25,765 nucleotides of DNA from positions 1 to 25,765 of the IMG/VR virus record IMGVR_UViG_3300020045_008627; one strand, written 5' to 3'. Numbering within the stretch: the stretch's first letter is position 1; every line of letters starts with the position of its first letter. Positions 15,870 through 25,346 of this stretch are shown here, in pieces. The position numbers and the translations under genes are program-made. Source of the DNA: a virus (lineage: Duplodnaviria > Caudoviricetes). Under the pieces are notes generated by a model. It saw nothing but the letters and a program-made list of their open reading frames with translations. It was not told the DNA's origin and did not search any database.

Positions 15870-17857
15870 GCGATTGTAATTGTTTCTTTCAATTGTACTT
15901 CATTCTGAAATTTTCTAAACTCCGTGTAATTAAGATAAACGGGACCCTGTGACATGGCGCTATTGGCACGCATGCCGCCCGTCATGCCGTTGGCAACGAC
16001 ACTACCGTCAAGGAAAGACTGAAAATAATCTTTGCCGTAAGCTGCCACAACCGGAGCGGGCATGATAAATTCTTTTTTATGGGTCAATCCCGCAAGCTCA
16101 TTTGGATCCCCATCACCAGTGTAACCCCCCGATTTAAACGTAGTGGGCACAAATTCCATCTCTTTGATCTGCTTAACACGGATTGCCGCGTAGGCTGCTG
16201 TCAAAGCTGCTGCTATACCTTTGATGATAAAACCACCGGGTGTTGCTGCCAATACTCCGAGAACTGCCTTTGCCGCGTCTGCTATGGCTTGCGCTATCTG
16301 ATTCTTTTTGTCTGTGTCAAATTGTTTTTTCTTAATGTCATTCAACGCCATCGCGTTATTTATTTCAAGCTGCTTAAGGTCGGCTTTCTGTTTCGCGTTG
16401 AGGGCCACGATAGATTTATCATACTCCTCCTGAGTTATTTCTTGCCTATCTAACTTGGATTGCAATTCAGCAACGTCAGCGGCATATTGGTCATTCAAAA
16501 TCTGTTTTTGTTTTGCCAATGTGGCCATTAACGCCTTCTCATCATTTTTATACTGATTCGCCTTTAGGTCAAAGAATTTACTCGTAATGTCGATTGCTAC
16601 ATTGGTGGCTTCCGTTATTCCTTTTATTAATTTCTCATAATTTTCTTTTTGTAGCTTCTCATCGGCTGCCTGTTTTTCTTTGTCCGCTTGCCTCTGTTTT
16701 TCTGCTAATGATTTATTAACGGCTAAAACCTGTTCTCCAAAAGTAGTGGTGAGTTTTACTTCCGTTTCACCCCGCTCGGTGGCGATCTTTCTTTCTTCAA
16801 TGGCTGCGTCCTCACTTGCTGCGTGCCTGTTCGCTATTCCTAGTTTATGAGCCGCTGTGATCTCATCCTGAAGTTCTTTTTCAAGGGCAATTCTTTCCTT
16901 GTTTAGCTTGCGGGTGTTCTCAAAGGCTGCAGACTCAGCATCCATCAGGGCCGCGTTAGCCTGGGCTAATTCATCAAGGGCCGTCTTATCGTTTCCGAAC
17001 TGTTCGGCTTTCTGTGCCGCTATCTCCTGACGGGTCAACGCCTGCGCAAGCTCCTGTTCCTGAAGGGCAAACTCTAACGCGATAGCCTCTTCAATTAATG
17101 CCTTGCGTGCCGCCCCTTCTGCTTCGTCTGCCTCTTTCCTGATCTTGGCTATCTCTAACCGTGTTTTGGATCTTGCCTCAATTAACGCCCGTTCCTGCTT
17201 GTCCCTTTTCGCTTCGTTGTCGGCAAACTTCTGCGCACTCTTATCAATTTCAGTGAAAAACTTAACCGCGGCTGTCTGATCGATACCTAAGAACTTAGTT
17301 AAGTTTCCTAATGCATTGCTTACAAAATCAAATGCTTTGGCGAGGCCATCGAAAAGAAATTCGCCTACCATTTCAACCACGTCCATGAACTTTTCAAAGA
17401 CAACCGTACCCACGGCCATGATCTTGTTTAGCCGGTTTTGCCCTTCCTCAGAGCCTTTGAAGTAGGAAATTAGACTCGCTACGGCTAAGCCAAGGGCACC
17501 GATTACGGCCCCAATGGGTGTGGCTACGAATGCGAGGGCCGCCTTCGCCATACCCTTGAACCCTTCCACGGTGGCACCTAACCCCGGAATAAGTTTATCG
17601 AGCGCGCCCGTGTAGTTACCCACGTTCATGCGCTGCTTTTCAAGACTCGAAGAATTGTTTTTGATGGTTTCGGTATTCTTATCCAGCTGCGTGTTAATAT
17701 CTTTCACGCGCTTGATACCGTCCTCAGTGGAGAGGTCTACTTTCTTGCGTTCCTCCCTCAGGGCTTTGTTAGCCTTAACAAGGTTTTCAATGCTTACTAC
17801 CGCCTCTTTTTCATCTACTTGAAAGTCAAGTATTACGGTCTTTTTTTCATCTGCCAT
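15866..17857 (-). CDS. Tail tape measure protein
   Basis: 663 aa, Ala/Glu/Lys-rich coiled coil, RMNVGNY, two hydrophobic Gly/Ala segments, C-terminal FKSGGYTGDG....AGLTHKKEFIMP. Confidence 0.85.
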   Translation of the reverse strand: MADEKKTVILDFQVDEKEAVVSIENLVKANKALREERKKVDLSTEDGIKRVKDINTQLDKNTETIKNNSSSLEKQRMNVGNYTGALDKLIPGLGATVEGFKGMAKAALAFVATPIGAVIGALGLAVASLISYFKGSEEGQNRLNKIMAVGTVVFEKFMDVVEMVGEFLFDGLAKAFDFVSNALGNLTKFLGIDQTAAVKFFTEIDKSAQKFADNEAKRDKQERALIEARSKTRLEIAKIRKEADEAEGAARKALIEEAIALEFALQEQELAQALTRQEIAAQKAEQFGNDKTALDELAQANAALMDAESAAFENTRKLNKERIALEKELQDEITAAHKLGIANRHAASEDAAIEERKIATERGETEVKLTTTFGEQVLAVNKSLAEKQRQADKEKQAADEKLQKENYEKLIKGITEATNVAIDITSKFFDLKANQYKNDEKALMATLAKQKQILNDQYAADVAELQSKLDRQEITQEEYDKSIVALNAKQKADLKQLEINNAMALNDIKKKQFDTDKKNQIAQAIADAAKAVLGVLAATPGGFIIKGIAAALTAAYAAIRVKQIKEMEFVPTTFKSGGYTGDGDPNELAGLTHKKEFIMPAPVVAAYGKDYFQSFLDGSVVANGMTGGMRANSAMSQGPVYLNYTEFRKFQNEVQLKETITIA

Positions 17858-17858
17858 C

Positions 17859-17885
17859 TTGAGTATTGTTTATTCCAATACTCAA
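17859..17885 (-). promoter_or_regulatory. Perfect 10-bp hairpin abutting the tape measure start codon
   Basis: Minus strand TTGAGTATTG-gaataaa-CAATACTCAA-g-ATG. Confidence 0.6.
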
Positions 17886-17900
17886 CTATTGGGTTTAGAT

Positions 17901-20123
17901 TCATAACATATATAGGTTAATCGTAACCGGTGTATTACTGTCAATATAGTTCTCTATGCTTTTAACAAAGAAGTATCCTGTAAGCTGTTCTGTCTCAAGA
18001 TAAATAAATTTATCGAATATGAATCTTTGATATACCGCTTCCGGTAATATCATGATCGCCTCGATGTCGGGATTTTGTAAGAACCGTGAAATCTTATTGA
18101 AGTAAAGTTCTTTTATTGTAGGATCTTCAAAGCCTCCTGAATCGGGGTTATCTATTGCTAGATTGTTTCTCCATTGGTCGATTCCATAGTTTACAAGTTG
18201 CTTAGTGAACGTACCATAATTGATAGTTGTTATTGCATTTATTACTAGACCAGCGGTTGAATAAATATCAATTGATGATCTCGATGAAAAACTAGATACC
18301 GGCATAGGGGTAACGGATATAATTCTAGCCCCTACCGACTGCCTGTTAATTCTTTGCCTGTATATTTTTCCTCCGGTGGTGACATCAATAATTGTCAACG
18401 CATCCAAAGTAAGATCTCCAATGCTTCCGGCTGTTACGGTTCCCATAAAATAACCATACGTATTTCCATAGTTATCAGTGGCGCTCAATACTTCAGGACC
18501 AATATTAACCGTTAAGGCTGTGTCTAGTTGGAAAGTAGATGTAACGCCCGCACTTGCTACCGATGTAAAGTTAATAGGGTCACCATCGTTAATTAAATTA
18601 ACTAATGGGATGTTTAAAAGATAAGAATTGTTTTTTGAAAAGTTAGACAGCGAAGGGACGAAAGGAAATTTTACTAAGTCATTTTCATTTTTTAATGTAT
18701 TTCCTGTGGTTATATTACCATCCCCGAAATGTACGTTATGTTTGTCGTTATATTTTATAACGTCCGAATCCGTTTCATTTTTATCCCACTTCAAATAATT
18801 ATTTGCCGCCTGATCGATAGTATATTTGCTTTTGTTTGCAACAAAATACCGAGACCAATCTTCTGCGTCCTCTTGTTTTATCTTTTCAATTATATTTAAA
18901 CTAAGAGTCTTTGACACATCATTGAAGTAGACAGAACAGCCAAAGAAATTGATTACAAATTTTATTACATCAATTGATTTTAAAGCCGGTAAAAAATGAG
19001 ATGGATCAACGTAATCATTGACATTGATTATCTCATTAAACTCCATTGTAATATCAATAGTTAATGATTTGTCACTACCGCTAACCTGTGAAAAATAAAA
19101 CTCATAGTAGTCTCCAATTACAGGAATTATCAATGGAGTCACCCACGTCTCGCCTACATCCCTAGTTTCAAAACTAATATTACTCGATGCTATGCCGTTT
19201 TTATACAGTATACCCGTGAATACTAATGAGGCCGACTCCGCTACCTTTTTTATGTTAAAAAATATTGCTGCCTTTCTATCTACAGTAAACCGGCTACTCG
19301 AAAAGATACCATCAGGATCAGAGTATTTAACTAATGAGGTATATTTTGCGGTAACACCTGTTGTAAATGTCTGCGATGTTCCGCGCGTTACAACCTTTTT
19401 AAAAGGGTCCCTTTTCATGTTTCCATTTTCAGGGGTCACCACCAATGTTTTATAAAGTTTATCATCTAGAACTGACCCATTTATTTTAAGTCCATTCTGG
19501 CTTATGATCTCAGTTACAAGTGAATGAAGAAAAAAACAAGGGTATAAAGTAAAAAGGTTCTTTTTCCAATCTACTTCAGTATCGAAAACAGCCGCTAATG
19601 TTCCCGCGAAAGACGAATTTTGTCTTAAATAAATATAGTGGTCTATGTTCTGATTCAAATTAAAGCACCAATCCACCATCGGAAAGGTGATTCCATCTGT
19701 TGAGCTTGCCAGCGCAATTACATTAGTATACGTGAACGCCTGCGTATAATCTTTCCCATTCGTTACACCCGAATAATCCAATTCAGTAATAAGTCCATTC
19801 AATAACTGAAACCAGTTGCTATTTCCCGACACGTAAAAACATGACAGCGTAGGCCCGTTGTCAGATTGGATAACGATATAACCACGGTCTAAGATGTTCC
19901 CATTACGTACCCGGCTAAACGCCTGTTTCGTGTACGCCACTTGGTTAAGCATCTGAGGACCTTTGTAACCTAGCGTCTTACGGTTTACGGAGTTGTTATC
20001 GATCTGGAAAGTGGTAGACACATCGCCCTTTATATTCGAGTTAAAAAAGGAAACGGACTGTTTCGTCATGGCAATTTCGCCACTTGTTTCTATCTCATTG
20101 CCATCATCATCTCTAAACGTCAT
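17901..20123 (-). CDS. Large tail structural protein (tail tip/hub-like)
   Basis: 740 aa, beta-rich. Conserved-looking ends (STTFQID....NRKTLG, TFPMVDW, LYPCFFL, DWSRY, YFFVKSIENY) and position next to the tape measure gene. Confidence 0.6.
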   Translation of the reverse strand: MTFRDDDGNEIETSGEIAMTKQSVSFFNSNIKGDVSTTFQIDNNSVNRKTLGYKGPQMLNQVAYTKQAFSRVRNGNILDRGYIVIQSDNGPTLSCFYVSGNSNWFQLLNGLITELDYSGVTNGKDYTQAFTYTNVIALASSTDGITFPMVDWCFNLNQNIDHYIYLRQNSSFAGTLAAVFDTEVDWKKNLFTLYPCFFLHSLVTEIISQNGLKINGSVLDDKLYKTLVVTPENGNMKRDPFKKVVTRGTSQTFTTGVTAKYTSLVKYSDPDGIFSSSRFTVDRKAAIFFNIKKVAESASLVFTGILYKNGIASSNISFETRDVGETWVTPLIIPVIGDYYEFYFSQVSGSDKSLTIDITMEFNEIINVNDYVDPSHFLPALKSIDVIKFVINFFGCSVYFNDVSKTLSLNIIEKIKQEDAEDWSRYFVANKSKYTIDQAANNYLKWDKNETDSDVIKYNDKHNVHFGDGNITTGNTLKNENDLVKFPFVPSLSNFSKNNSYLLNIPLVNLINDGDPINFTSVASAGVTSTFQLDTALTVNIGPEVLSATDNYGNTYGYFMGTVTAGSIGDLTLDALTIIDVTTGGKIYRQRINRQSVGARIISVTPMPVSSFSSRSSIDIYSTAGLVINAITTINYGTFTKQLVNYGIDQWRNNLAIDNPDSGGFEDPTIKELYFNKISRFLQNPDIEAIMILPEAVYQRFIFDKFIYLETEQLTGYFFVKSIENYIDSNTPVTINLYML

Positions 20124-21838
20124 AACGATTGAGAGGGTAAATTATCAGTAAATGATATGCCAAATTCAAGGTTAAAAAGTTTCTCCCTTTGTTGAAGGTA
20201 AACAAAGGACCCGCCATCGACAATCACCGTGCGTCTGCTTTCCCTGCTGTCCACAATTTGCACCAATGGCGAGGTCCTTATTCTATACAAGTCGCTTACC
20301 TGATCTTCTGTGAGACTTTCTGCCCGCACCGTTACCGTCTGCCTGCTTAACCGTTGCGTCTGTTGGTTGATAGTGTCGGCTCCAGGTCCGTAGGATTTAG
20401 GCCAGTTGGTAAAGATATTTTTCTTAACCGACTTTGTGCCCTCGATCGAAACGCCATAGTCGGAATCTGACTTAAATACTTTGTAGTCAAACCCTCCTAA
20501 ATGGTTAAGCCATGTAAAGTTTAGCATGTTACCGGAGCAATCTGAGTTTACTTTTATTGACTTCGTTTCTGAAATAGGTATCCACGAACTGTAATCATAA
20601 AACTCCAAAGTGATATAAATTTCGTCCTCAAGATAAATGCTTTGGTCTAGTTCATAGCGGTAAATCCCAATACCGTAATCATCGATTAAATCTATGTATT
20701 GCGCCACTATAACGCCATTAACCAGGCATTCACGCCTCATTCTGAGTAGCGCCCCGATCTGATTGACAAATGAGATATCGAAGAACTGCCCAGGGGTTAA
20801 TTCAGGATACAACGAAGGGGTAAGGAACTTTAACTTGGTAGCCGATGAGCCGTAAACGTAGTCAGAAAGAAATCCAGAATACAGATTTTTAAAAGGTAAA
20901 TCCGCATTGACGGCATAGCCTATAAAATCACTAGAGTCATCCGTATAGCTGCCTACATAATCCATCAAAGTGTATCCACCGGTTGAATAGTCGTATGCCT
21001 CGGCATAGGTAATATAGAACTGGCAAAAGGCATCAAGGTTGTTTTGAAGCGTGCCCTTATTAAGATCGTTTTTGAGAATCTCTAATTTCTCTTTTAAAAA
21101 TTCGTTTATGTTTAACGTACAAATACCGTCTGAATCCGGAATGACCCTTTGTTCTGTCACTAATTCATAAGGCTTTTGATCTGCGAAATAATGCGAAGTA
21201 GGCAGCCCCGCGTAAACTCTGATCCGTGCATGGTAGTTGTTATAGTAATATTGAACAGACGTGAACGTTAACCCTCCGACATAGGCGAGGTTTATAGTGA
21301 CTATTGACGTTGAATACCATGAAATTACTTGGTAAACTGTGGAGGTACCGCCAGTAAAGGTTACTTTAACAAATTCTAATTCTGAAATATTCGCTTCCAA
21401 TGCCCCCGAACAGGTCAACTTAACATACCCGTTATCGTTGGCATAACTCGAAACCGTGCGCGCTGTGTCTACTGAATTAGTAGGCCATAATGTCGACTTC
21501 AATTTATATACTATAGGCAAATGAACGGCATTCCATCCGTGGAACCCAAACCCTCCTAAAATACTATTTTCACTTTCGTAATATGTAAATGATCCACTAG
21601 AAATAAATTCATAATTTGATAACCCAAAAAAAGTAGTGATAGTGAAAGTATCTACTGTCACGGGGTTGACTCGCCATAATCCTAATGCCTCACCGTCATT
21701 TATGAAAATACGCCTCCCTACATTGTAGCCGTGATTAATTTTTGTGACAATCTCAGATCCTTTCGTATGATAGGCAGTAAATGACGTCTGCTGTTTTATG
21801 ATATACCCTAGCGGCTGAGTTACTACTGATAGTGCCAT
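20120..21838 (-). CDS. Large tail structural protein (distal-tail-like C-terminus)
   Basis: 572 aa. C-terminal FTWLNHLGGFDYKVF...LY.I.TSPLV pattern resembles Bacteroidota phage tail proteins. ATGA overlap downstream. Confidence 0.6.
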   Translation of the reverse strand: MALSVVTQPLGYIIKQQTSFTAYHTKGSEIVTKINHGYNVGRRIFINDGEALGLWRVNPVTVDTFTITTFFGLSNYEFISSGSFTYYESENSILGGFGFHGWNAVHLPIVYKLKSTLWPTNSVDTARTVSSYANDNGYVKLTCSGALEANISELEFVKVTFTGGTSTVYQVISWYSTSIVTINLAYVGGLTFTSVQYYYNNYHARIRVYAGLPTSHYFADQKPYELVTEQRVIPDSDGICTLNINEFLKEKLEILKNDLNKGTLQNNLDAFCQFYITYAEAYDYSTGGYTLMDYVGSYTDDSSDFIGYAVNADLPFKNLYSGFLSDYVYGSSATKLKFLTPSLYPELTPGQFFDISFVNQIGALLRMRRECLVNGVIVAQYIDLIDDYGIGIYRYELDQSIYLEDEIYITLEFYDYSSWIPISETKSIKVNSDCSGNMLNFTWLNHLGGFDYKVFKSDSDYGVSIEGTKSVKKNIFTNWPKSYGPGADTINQQTQRLSRQTVTVRAESLTEDQVSDLYRIRTSPLVQIVDSRESRRTVIVDGGSFVYLQQREKLFNLEFGISFTDNLPSQSL

Positions 21839-22303
21839 TTACTTGATGTCTTTAAATGTTTCATTTATCTTATCACCAAACCTTTTGAACTGATCGCGGC
21901 TGACGGCCTGAATCAGGTCCTCGGCAAACTTCTCTACCGCTGAGGTGTAAACGTCACGGCCTCCACCTTTTTTATAAAGTCTATCACCTTCCCGGTTGAT
22001 CTTCAGGACTAAGAACTTAGCGAGCGCATCTTTTTTCTTTTGATCCAAGTCGGCACCGATGCCACGGGCTTGCATATACTTTAACATCTTGTCTTTAAAT
22101 CCACCATCGGAGGAAGATTGTCTAGGCCCGCGCCCTGTTTCCATAGCGATGATAAACTCGCGTGCTAAAATCTGTAGGCTTGTCGCGTCTGACTTGTATT
22201 CAATGGATCTTTCCGTTTCACCCGTGGCGGAATACTTTGAAACCGCGGCCCTGACTATTTCAACGCCCTTTTTACCCTGTTGCTCTAATACGTCCTTTAG
22301 CAT
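21839..22303 (-). CDS. Putative neck/tail-completion protein (HK97 gp10-like)
   Basis: 154 aa, basic. ATGETERSI, METGRGP, KINREG. Confidence 0.5.
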   Translation of the reverse strand: MLKDVLEQQGKKGVEIVRAAVSKYSATGETERSIEYKSDATSLQILAREFIIAMETGRGPRQSSSDGGFKDKMLKYMQARGIGADLDQKKKDALAKFLVLKINREGDRLYKKGGGRDVYTSAVEKFAEDLIQAVSRDQFKRFGDKINETFKDIK

Positions 22304-22740
22304 ACATTAGTGGTGTCCGGTGCCACCAGAGTAAAGGTGAGGGTAACGCCTGACAGACAATCCGCATGCTTCTTTACAAAGGGGTCACGCTTGAAACTTT
22401 CCATGGTAACGAGTTTATACCCGCTCACGATATTTCGGTACTTGTAAACCAACTTCTGAGCTATAAGATCGCAGTCGTCTATGATGTGTTCGTATTGTTC
22501 GGGCGCTGAATCCATAGCGTCTTTTTGGGCTATGGTCAATTCAATGTCCCAACTGTCAGTAGGCGCGCCACTGTTGAAAGGAATTACAGGCGTAACAGGC
22601 TTAACTGCCTGCCATACAGACGGGTATTGATGGGACCGGATAGAGTTGAAATCGGTAAGAAGCCCGGACCCAAATTCCACCGCGGGCGTTAATGCGTTTA
22701 CCCCTGCTTCGATAAATTCCCTTACCTCTGTGCGTGTCAT
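22297..22740 (-). CDS. Putative tail terminator/completion protein
   Basis: 147 aa, acidic. YPSVW, PF......LSGVTLTFTL, terminal C. Size and position fit. Confidence 0.5.
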   Translation of the reverse strand: MTRTEVREFIEAGVNALTPAVEFGSGLLTDFNSIRSHQYPSVWQAVKPVTPVIPFNSGAPTDSWDIELTIAQKDAMDSAPEQYEHIIDDCDLIAQKLVYKYRNIVSGYKLVTMESFKRDPFVKKHADCLSGVTLTFTLVAPDTTNVC

Positions 22741-22741
22741 A

Positions 22742-23005
22742 TCATTTCATTAAAACCGCTGCCAGTACTCCTGATATTACCCCTATCAACGTGAGACCCA
22801 AAGCTACCATCTTGTTTACCCCTGCCCAATGGCCCTGCGTTACTGCGAGTTTTAACTTAATATCCGTTATTTCTTTTTCGTGCGTTGCTACTTTTGAATT
22901 GAGTTTCGTTAGTTGATCTAGTATCGAGTGAACGTCCTCGCGTATTGATTTAGAGCGTTCGTCAAGCCTCCCTAAGATCTCGTTTTGTTCCATTTCGGTA
23001 AGCAT
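22742..23005 (-). CDS. Coiled-coil protein with C-terminal transmembrane helix (holin/XhlA-like)
   Basis: LGRLDER...LNSKVATHEKEI coiled coil followed by MVALGLTLIGVISGVLAAVLMK. Confidence 0.55.
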   Translation of the reverse strand: MLTEMEQNEILGRLDERSKSIREDVHSILDQLTKLNSKVATHEKEITDIKLKLAVTQGHWAGVNKMVALGLTLIGVISGVLAAVLMK

Positions 23006-23035
23006 TTGGGTTGGGGTAAATTAATTTCATAGTAA

Positions 23036-23043
23036 CAAATATA
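23036..23043 (-). promoter_or_regulatory. -7 box TATATTTG upstream of the holin-like gene
   Basis: Exact TAnnTTTG in the 38-nt intergenic gap. No -33 TTTG seen. Confidence 0.5.
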
Positions 23044-23322
23044 TCATTTTTTCCTATTTATTATCTCATTATATTTTTTGTCCACGTGGTTCTTCCATGC
23101 CGTGTACCGCAACTGAAACTTAAATTCAGCTACCGACCATTCAAGTAGTTCCTTACGTGTGAAGGGCGTGACCTCTTCCATGTATACCAGCGTATGGAAG
23201 AACTTAAACGATGAAGCCAGAGCAGGATACCCTGCCTCCACCTGTTGAGGGTCGTACCCTCCAGGCGGGAGATTGTCAGCATGCCGTTTTTCGATGCCAG
23301 CAATTTCAGCAAGATAAAATTT
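23044..23322 (-). CDS. -1 frameshift extension of the tail assembly chaperone (gpT-like part)
   Basis: The -1 frame is open from the slippery heptamer to the stop at 23044 (FYLAEIAGIEKRH...QVEAGYPAL...LLEWSVAEFKFQLRY...RKK). The fused product would be 251 aa. Confidence 0.7.
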   Translation of the reverse strand, partial: KFYLAEIAGIEKRHADNLPPGGYDPQQVEAGYPALASSFKFFHTLVYMEEVTPFTRKELLEWSVAEFKFQLRYTAWKNHVDKKYNEIINRKK

Positions 23323-23798
23323 GCCACCGCCACGACCTCCACACATGGCGCGTCCCAAAGACGTTCCGCTAATTTTTCAGCTTCTTGATAGTTGTACGGT
23401 GAGGGTGTAAGGTAGACCGCCACGATAAAAGGATATTGCTCTAAATTGTAGATTTTATCATCTTCTTTAAACAGCGATGCGGTGTCCTGAATGTCGGCAT
23501 AGCGTGCAACGGCCTCCTGTTCGATGTTTCGCGGGACGGTTATCCCTAAGACTTCGGAAGGCATGACCATGTTCATTTCTGTTTTCAGGAATGCGAGCGA
23601 GGACATGAGAACATCAAAGTTTTTGATTTCTGCTTTCTCTAAAATCTCAGGATCCAATCCGGTAAAGACCGATAGTAGTTTAGGTAGTTCGTCCCCGGCT
23701 TTTACCACCCCGATAAAGTCTTTGAAAGATAAAAGGTGCCACGCGTTGGGGATGTCCTTTTCTAAAATTTCGTCATTGATTTTTATATTGTATTTCAT
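23130..23798 (-). CDS. Putative tail assembly chaperone (gpG-like)
   Basis: 222 aa, IPNAWHLLSFKDF N-terminus. Contains in-frame A-AAT-TTT at codons 159-161. Confidence 0.7.
   Translation of the reverse strand: MKYNIKINDEILEKDIPNAWHLLSFKDFIGVVKAGDELPKLLSVFTGLDPEILEKAEIKNFDVLMSSLAFLKTEMNMVMPSEVLGITVPRNIEQEAVARYADIQDTASLFKEDDKIYNLEQYPFIVAVYLTPSPYNYQEAEKLAERLWDAPCVEVVAVANFILLKLLASKNGMLTISRLEGTTLNRWRQGILLWLHRLSSSIRWYTWKRSRPSHVRNYLNGR
23316..23322 (-). other. Programmed -1 ribosomal frameshift slippery site A AAT TTT
   Basis: GCA AAT TTT in the zero frame fits X-XXY-YYZ and leads into a 90-codon open -1 frame. Confidence 0.75.
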
Positions 23799-23801
23799 AG
23801 T

Positions 23802-24977
23802 TTAAAAAAATCCTGTGTAAACTCCGACCTGATCGTTTTTGAAACTTATAGCCCCGTATCGGGCCGCGTCCATAAGATCGTCAAACTTCTTTATAGGCTC
23901 ATCCAAAATATCCCCGTTGGGCTTCTGCTTCCACTTATAGGACCTCATTTCCTTTTGGATGTCTATGGACTCCCTGTGAACAAAGATACGATTAGAGCGC
24001 ACAAAATCGATTCCCTCCTTCACCGACTTGTCAGCAGGGTAGGCCACAATTCCGGCTCGCTGCATTTCCTCGATGATCTCCGGGCGTGCAGAATCACAGT
24101 AAACGTATTTCTGTTTCACGATGGGTTTAATGGCGGCTATAAGGTCAGATGCCGTGGTATGGGACTGGAAAAACTTTTGTTCAAAGTATAGCTTCTTTTC
24201 CTCATAGGCCACCTTCACAAGGGCGTTAGGGTGGTTGAATCCAAAGTCTAACCCAAAGCAATAATCGAGATGTTCGGGTATTTTGTCGATGGTTTCGAAC
24301 TTATGGTAGATTGTAGCCTGAGCGGTGCCACGCTCACCAAGCCCGTAAACCTTCCAGAAATTAGGGTCTATGTCCTTCAGTTGTTCTATTTCGGCTTTCT
24401 GCTGCCGGCTTAAGAAGGGGTTGTCTTTATAGGTGGTTTGGATAAACTTGCAGTCTTTACGGGGAATGATTTCGTCATAGATCCAATGGAACTCATCCGC
24501 GGGGTTGTAGTCCATGATTACCGTCTTTTTGGTACGGATCATCAATTGGCGGGCTGTTTCGAGGCTTAAAAGGTTGGCTTCGTTGATGTGGAGTACGTCC
24601 CTCCCAGGTCCGCGCACCCGCTTAGCGTCATCAACTCCGAAAAATTCAATGTAACTACCCAAGGGATATTGATATAGTTGGTCGGTCATGTTGTGGGCTA
24701 AAGCGTTGTAATTCCCTTTTGACTCCATCAATTCGCGCCAATCCCTCATAGCGCCCTTTTTCAGGTGAGGCAGGGAGATTGAACAGACTGAAATTGTTTG
24801 ATTAGTCCGATAAGCTAATCCAATAAGTAAATCCTGTATTCCGTAAGTTTTGCCGGATCTTGTGCCGCCCTGGTGAACGATCACGCGGTACCCGTCATTG
24901 ATAGCTTGCTGAGTTTCTAGGGCTACTTTAGTAGGTGCTATTCCGTAGGTATATTCGGTAGCAAAGACTGATCCCAT
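23802..24977 (-). CDS. terL: Terminase large subunit (PBSX/Terminase_3-like)
   Basis: Walker A HQGGTRSGKT, Walker B VLHINEAN, MDYNP, TTYKDNPFL, GLDFGFNHP, YCDSARPE, DDLMDAARYG. Confidence 0.95.
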   Translation of the reverse strand: MGSVFATEYTYGIAPTKVALETQQAINDGYRVIVHQGGTRSGKTYGIQDLLIGLAYRTNQTISVCSISLPHLKKGAMRDWRELMESKGNYNALAHNMTDQLYQYPLGSYIEFFGVDDAKRVRGPGRDVLHINEANLLSLETARQLMIRTKKTVIMDYNPADEFHWIYDEIIPRKDCKFIQTTYKDNPFLSRQQKAEIEQLKDIDPNFWKVYGLGERGTAQATIYHKFETIDKIPEHLDYCFGLDFGFNHPNALVKVAYEEKKLYFEQKFFQSHTTASDLIAAIKPIVKQKYVYCDSARPEIIEEMQRAGIVAYPADKSVKEGIDFVRSNRIFVHRESIDIQKEMRSYKWKQKPNGDILDEPIKKFDDLMDAARYGAISFKNDQVGVYTGFF

Positions 24978-25342
24978 TTAACGGTTATGGTTGTGCCTCC
25001 TGATTGCTCTACTTCGGTTCTTTCTATATAACCGCGCTTTTTGGCCTTTGTTTTAAGGAAAAAGATTATTGCTGTGTCGCTTGGTGGTTGATGGTAAACA
25101 TTTTCATCATCTTTTGATAAGATGGCTACCCCGTTTATTTTTTCGTGAAGCTTGCTTTCAACAAAGTCAATAGCCATTTCCGAAATGTCCTCTACTTGTT
25201 GTTTATATTCCGGATCTTCTGATAACCACCGATAATGAGTTTGACGGCTAATTCCTACTGAATTACAGGCTGTTGATACAATCCCCAGTGATTTTTCTAG
25301 GGCTTCGATCATTGCCTTTTTAGTGATGTCACTATTTGTCAT
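24938..25342 (-). CDS. terS: Terminase small subunit, putative
   Basis: HTH ALEKSLGIVSTACNSVGISRQTHYRW and AIIFFLKTKAKKRGYIER. Immediately upstream of and overlapping terL. Confidence 0.8.
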   Translation of the reverse strand: MTNSDITKKAMIEALEKSLGIVSTACNSVGISRQTHYRWLSEDPEYKQQVEDISEMAIDFVESKLHEKINGVAILSKDDENVYHQPPSDTAIIFFLKTKAKKRGYIERTEVEQSGGTTITVKWDQSLLPNIPTE

Positions 25343-25346
25343 TATT

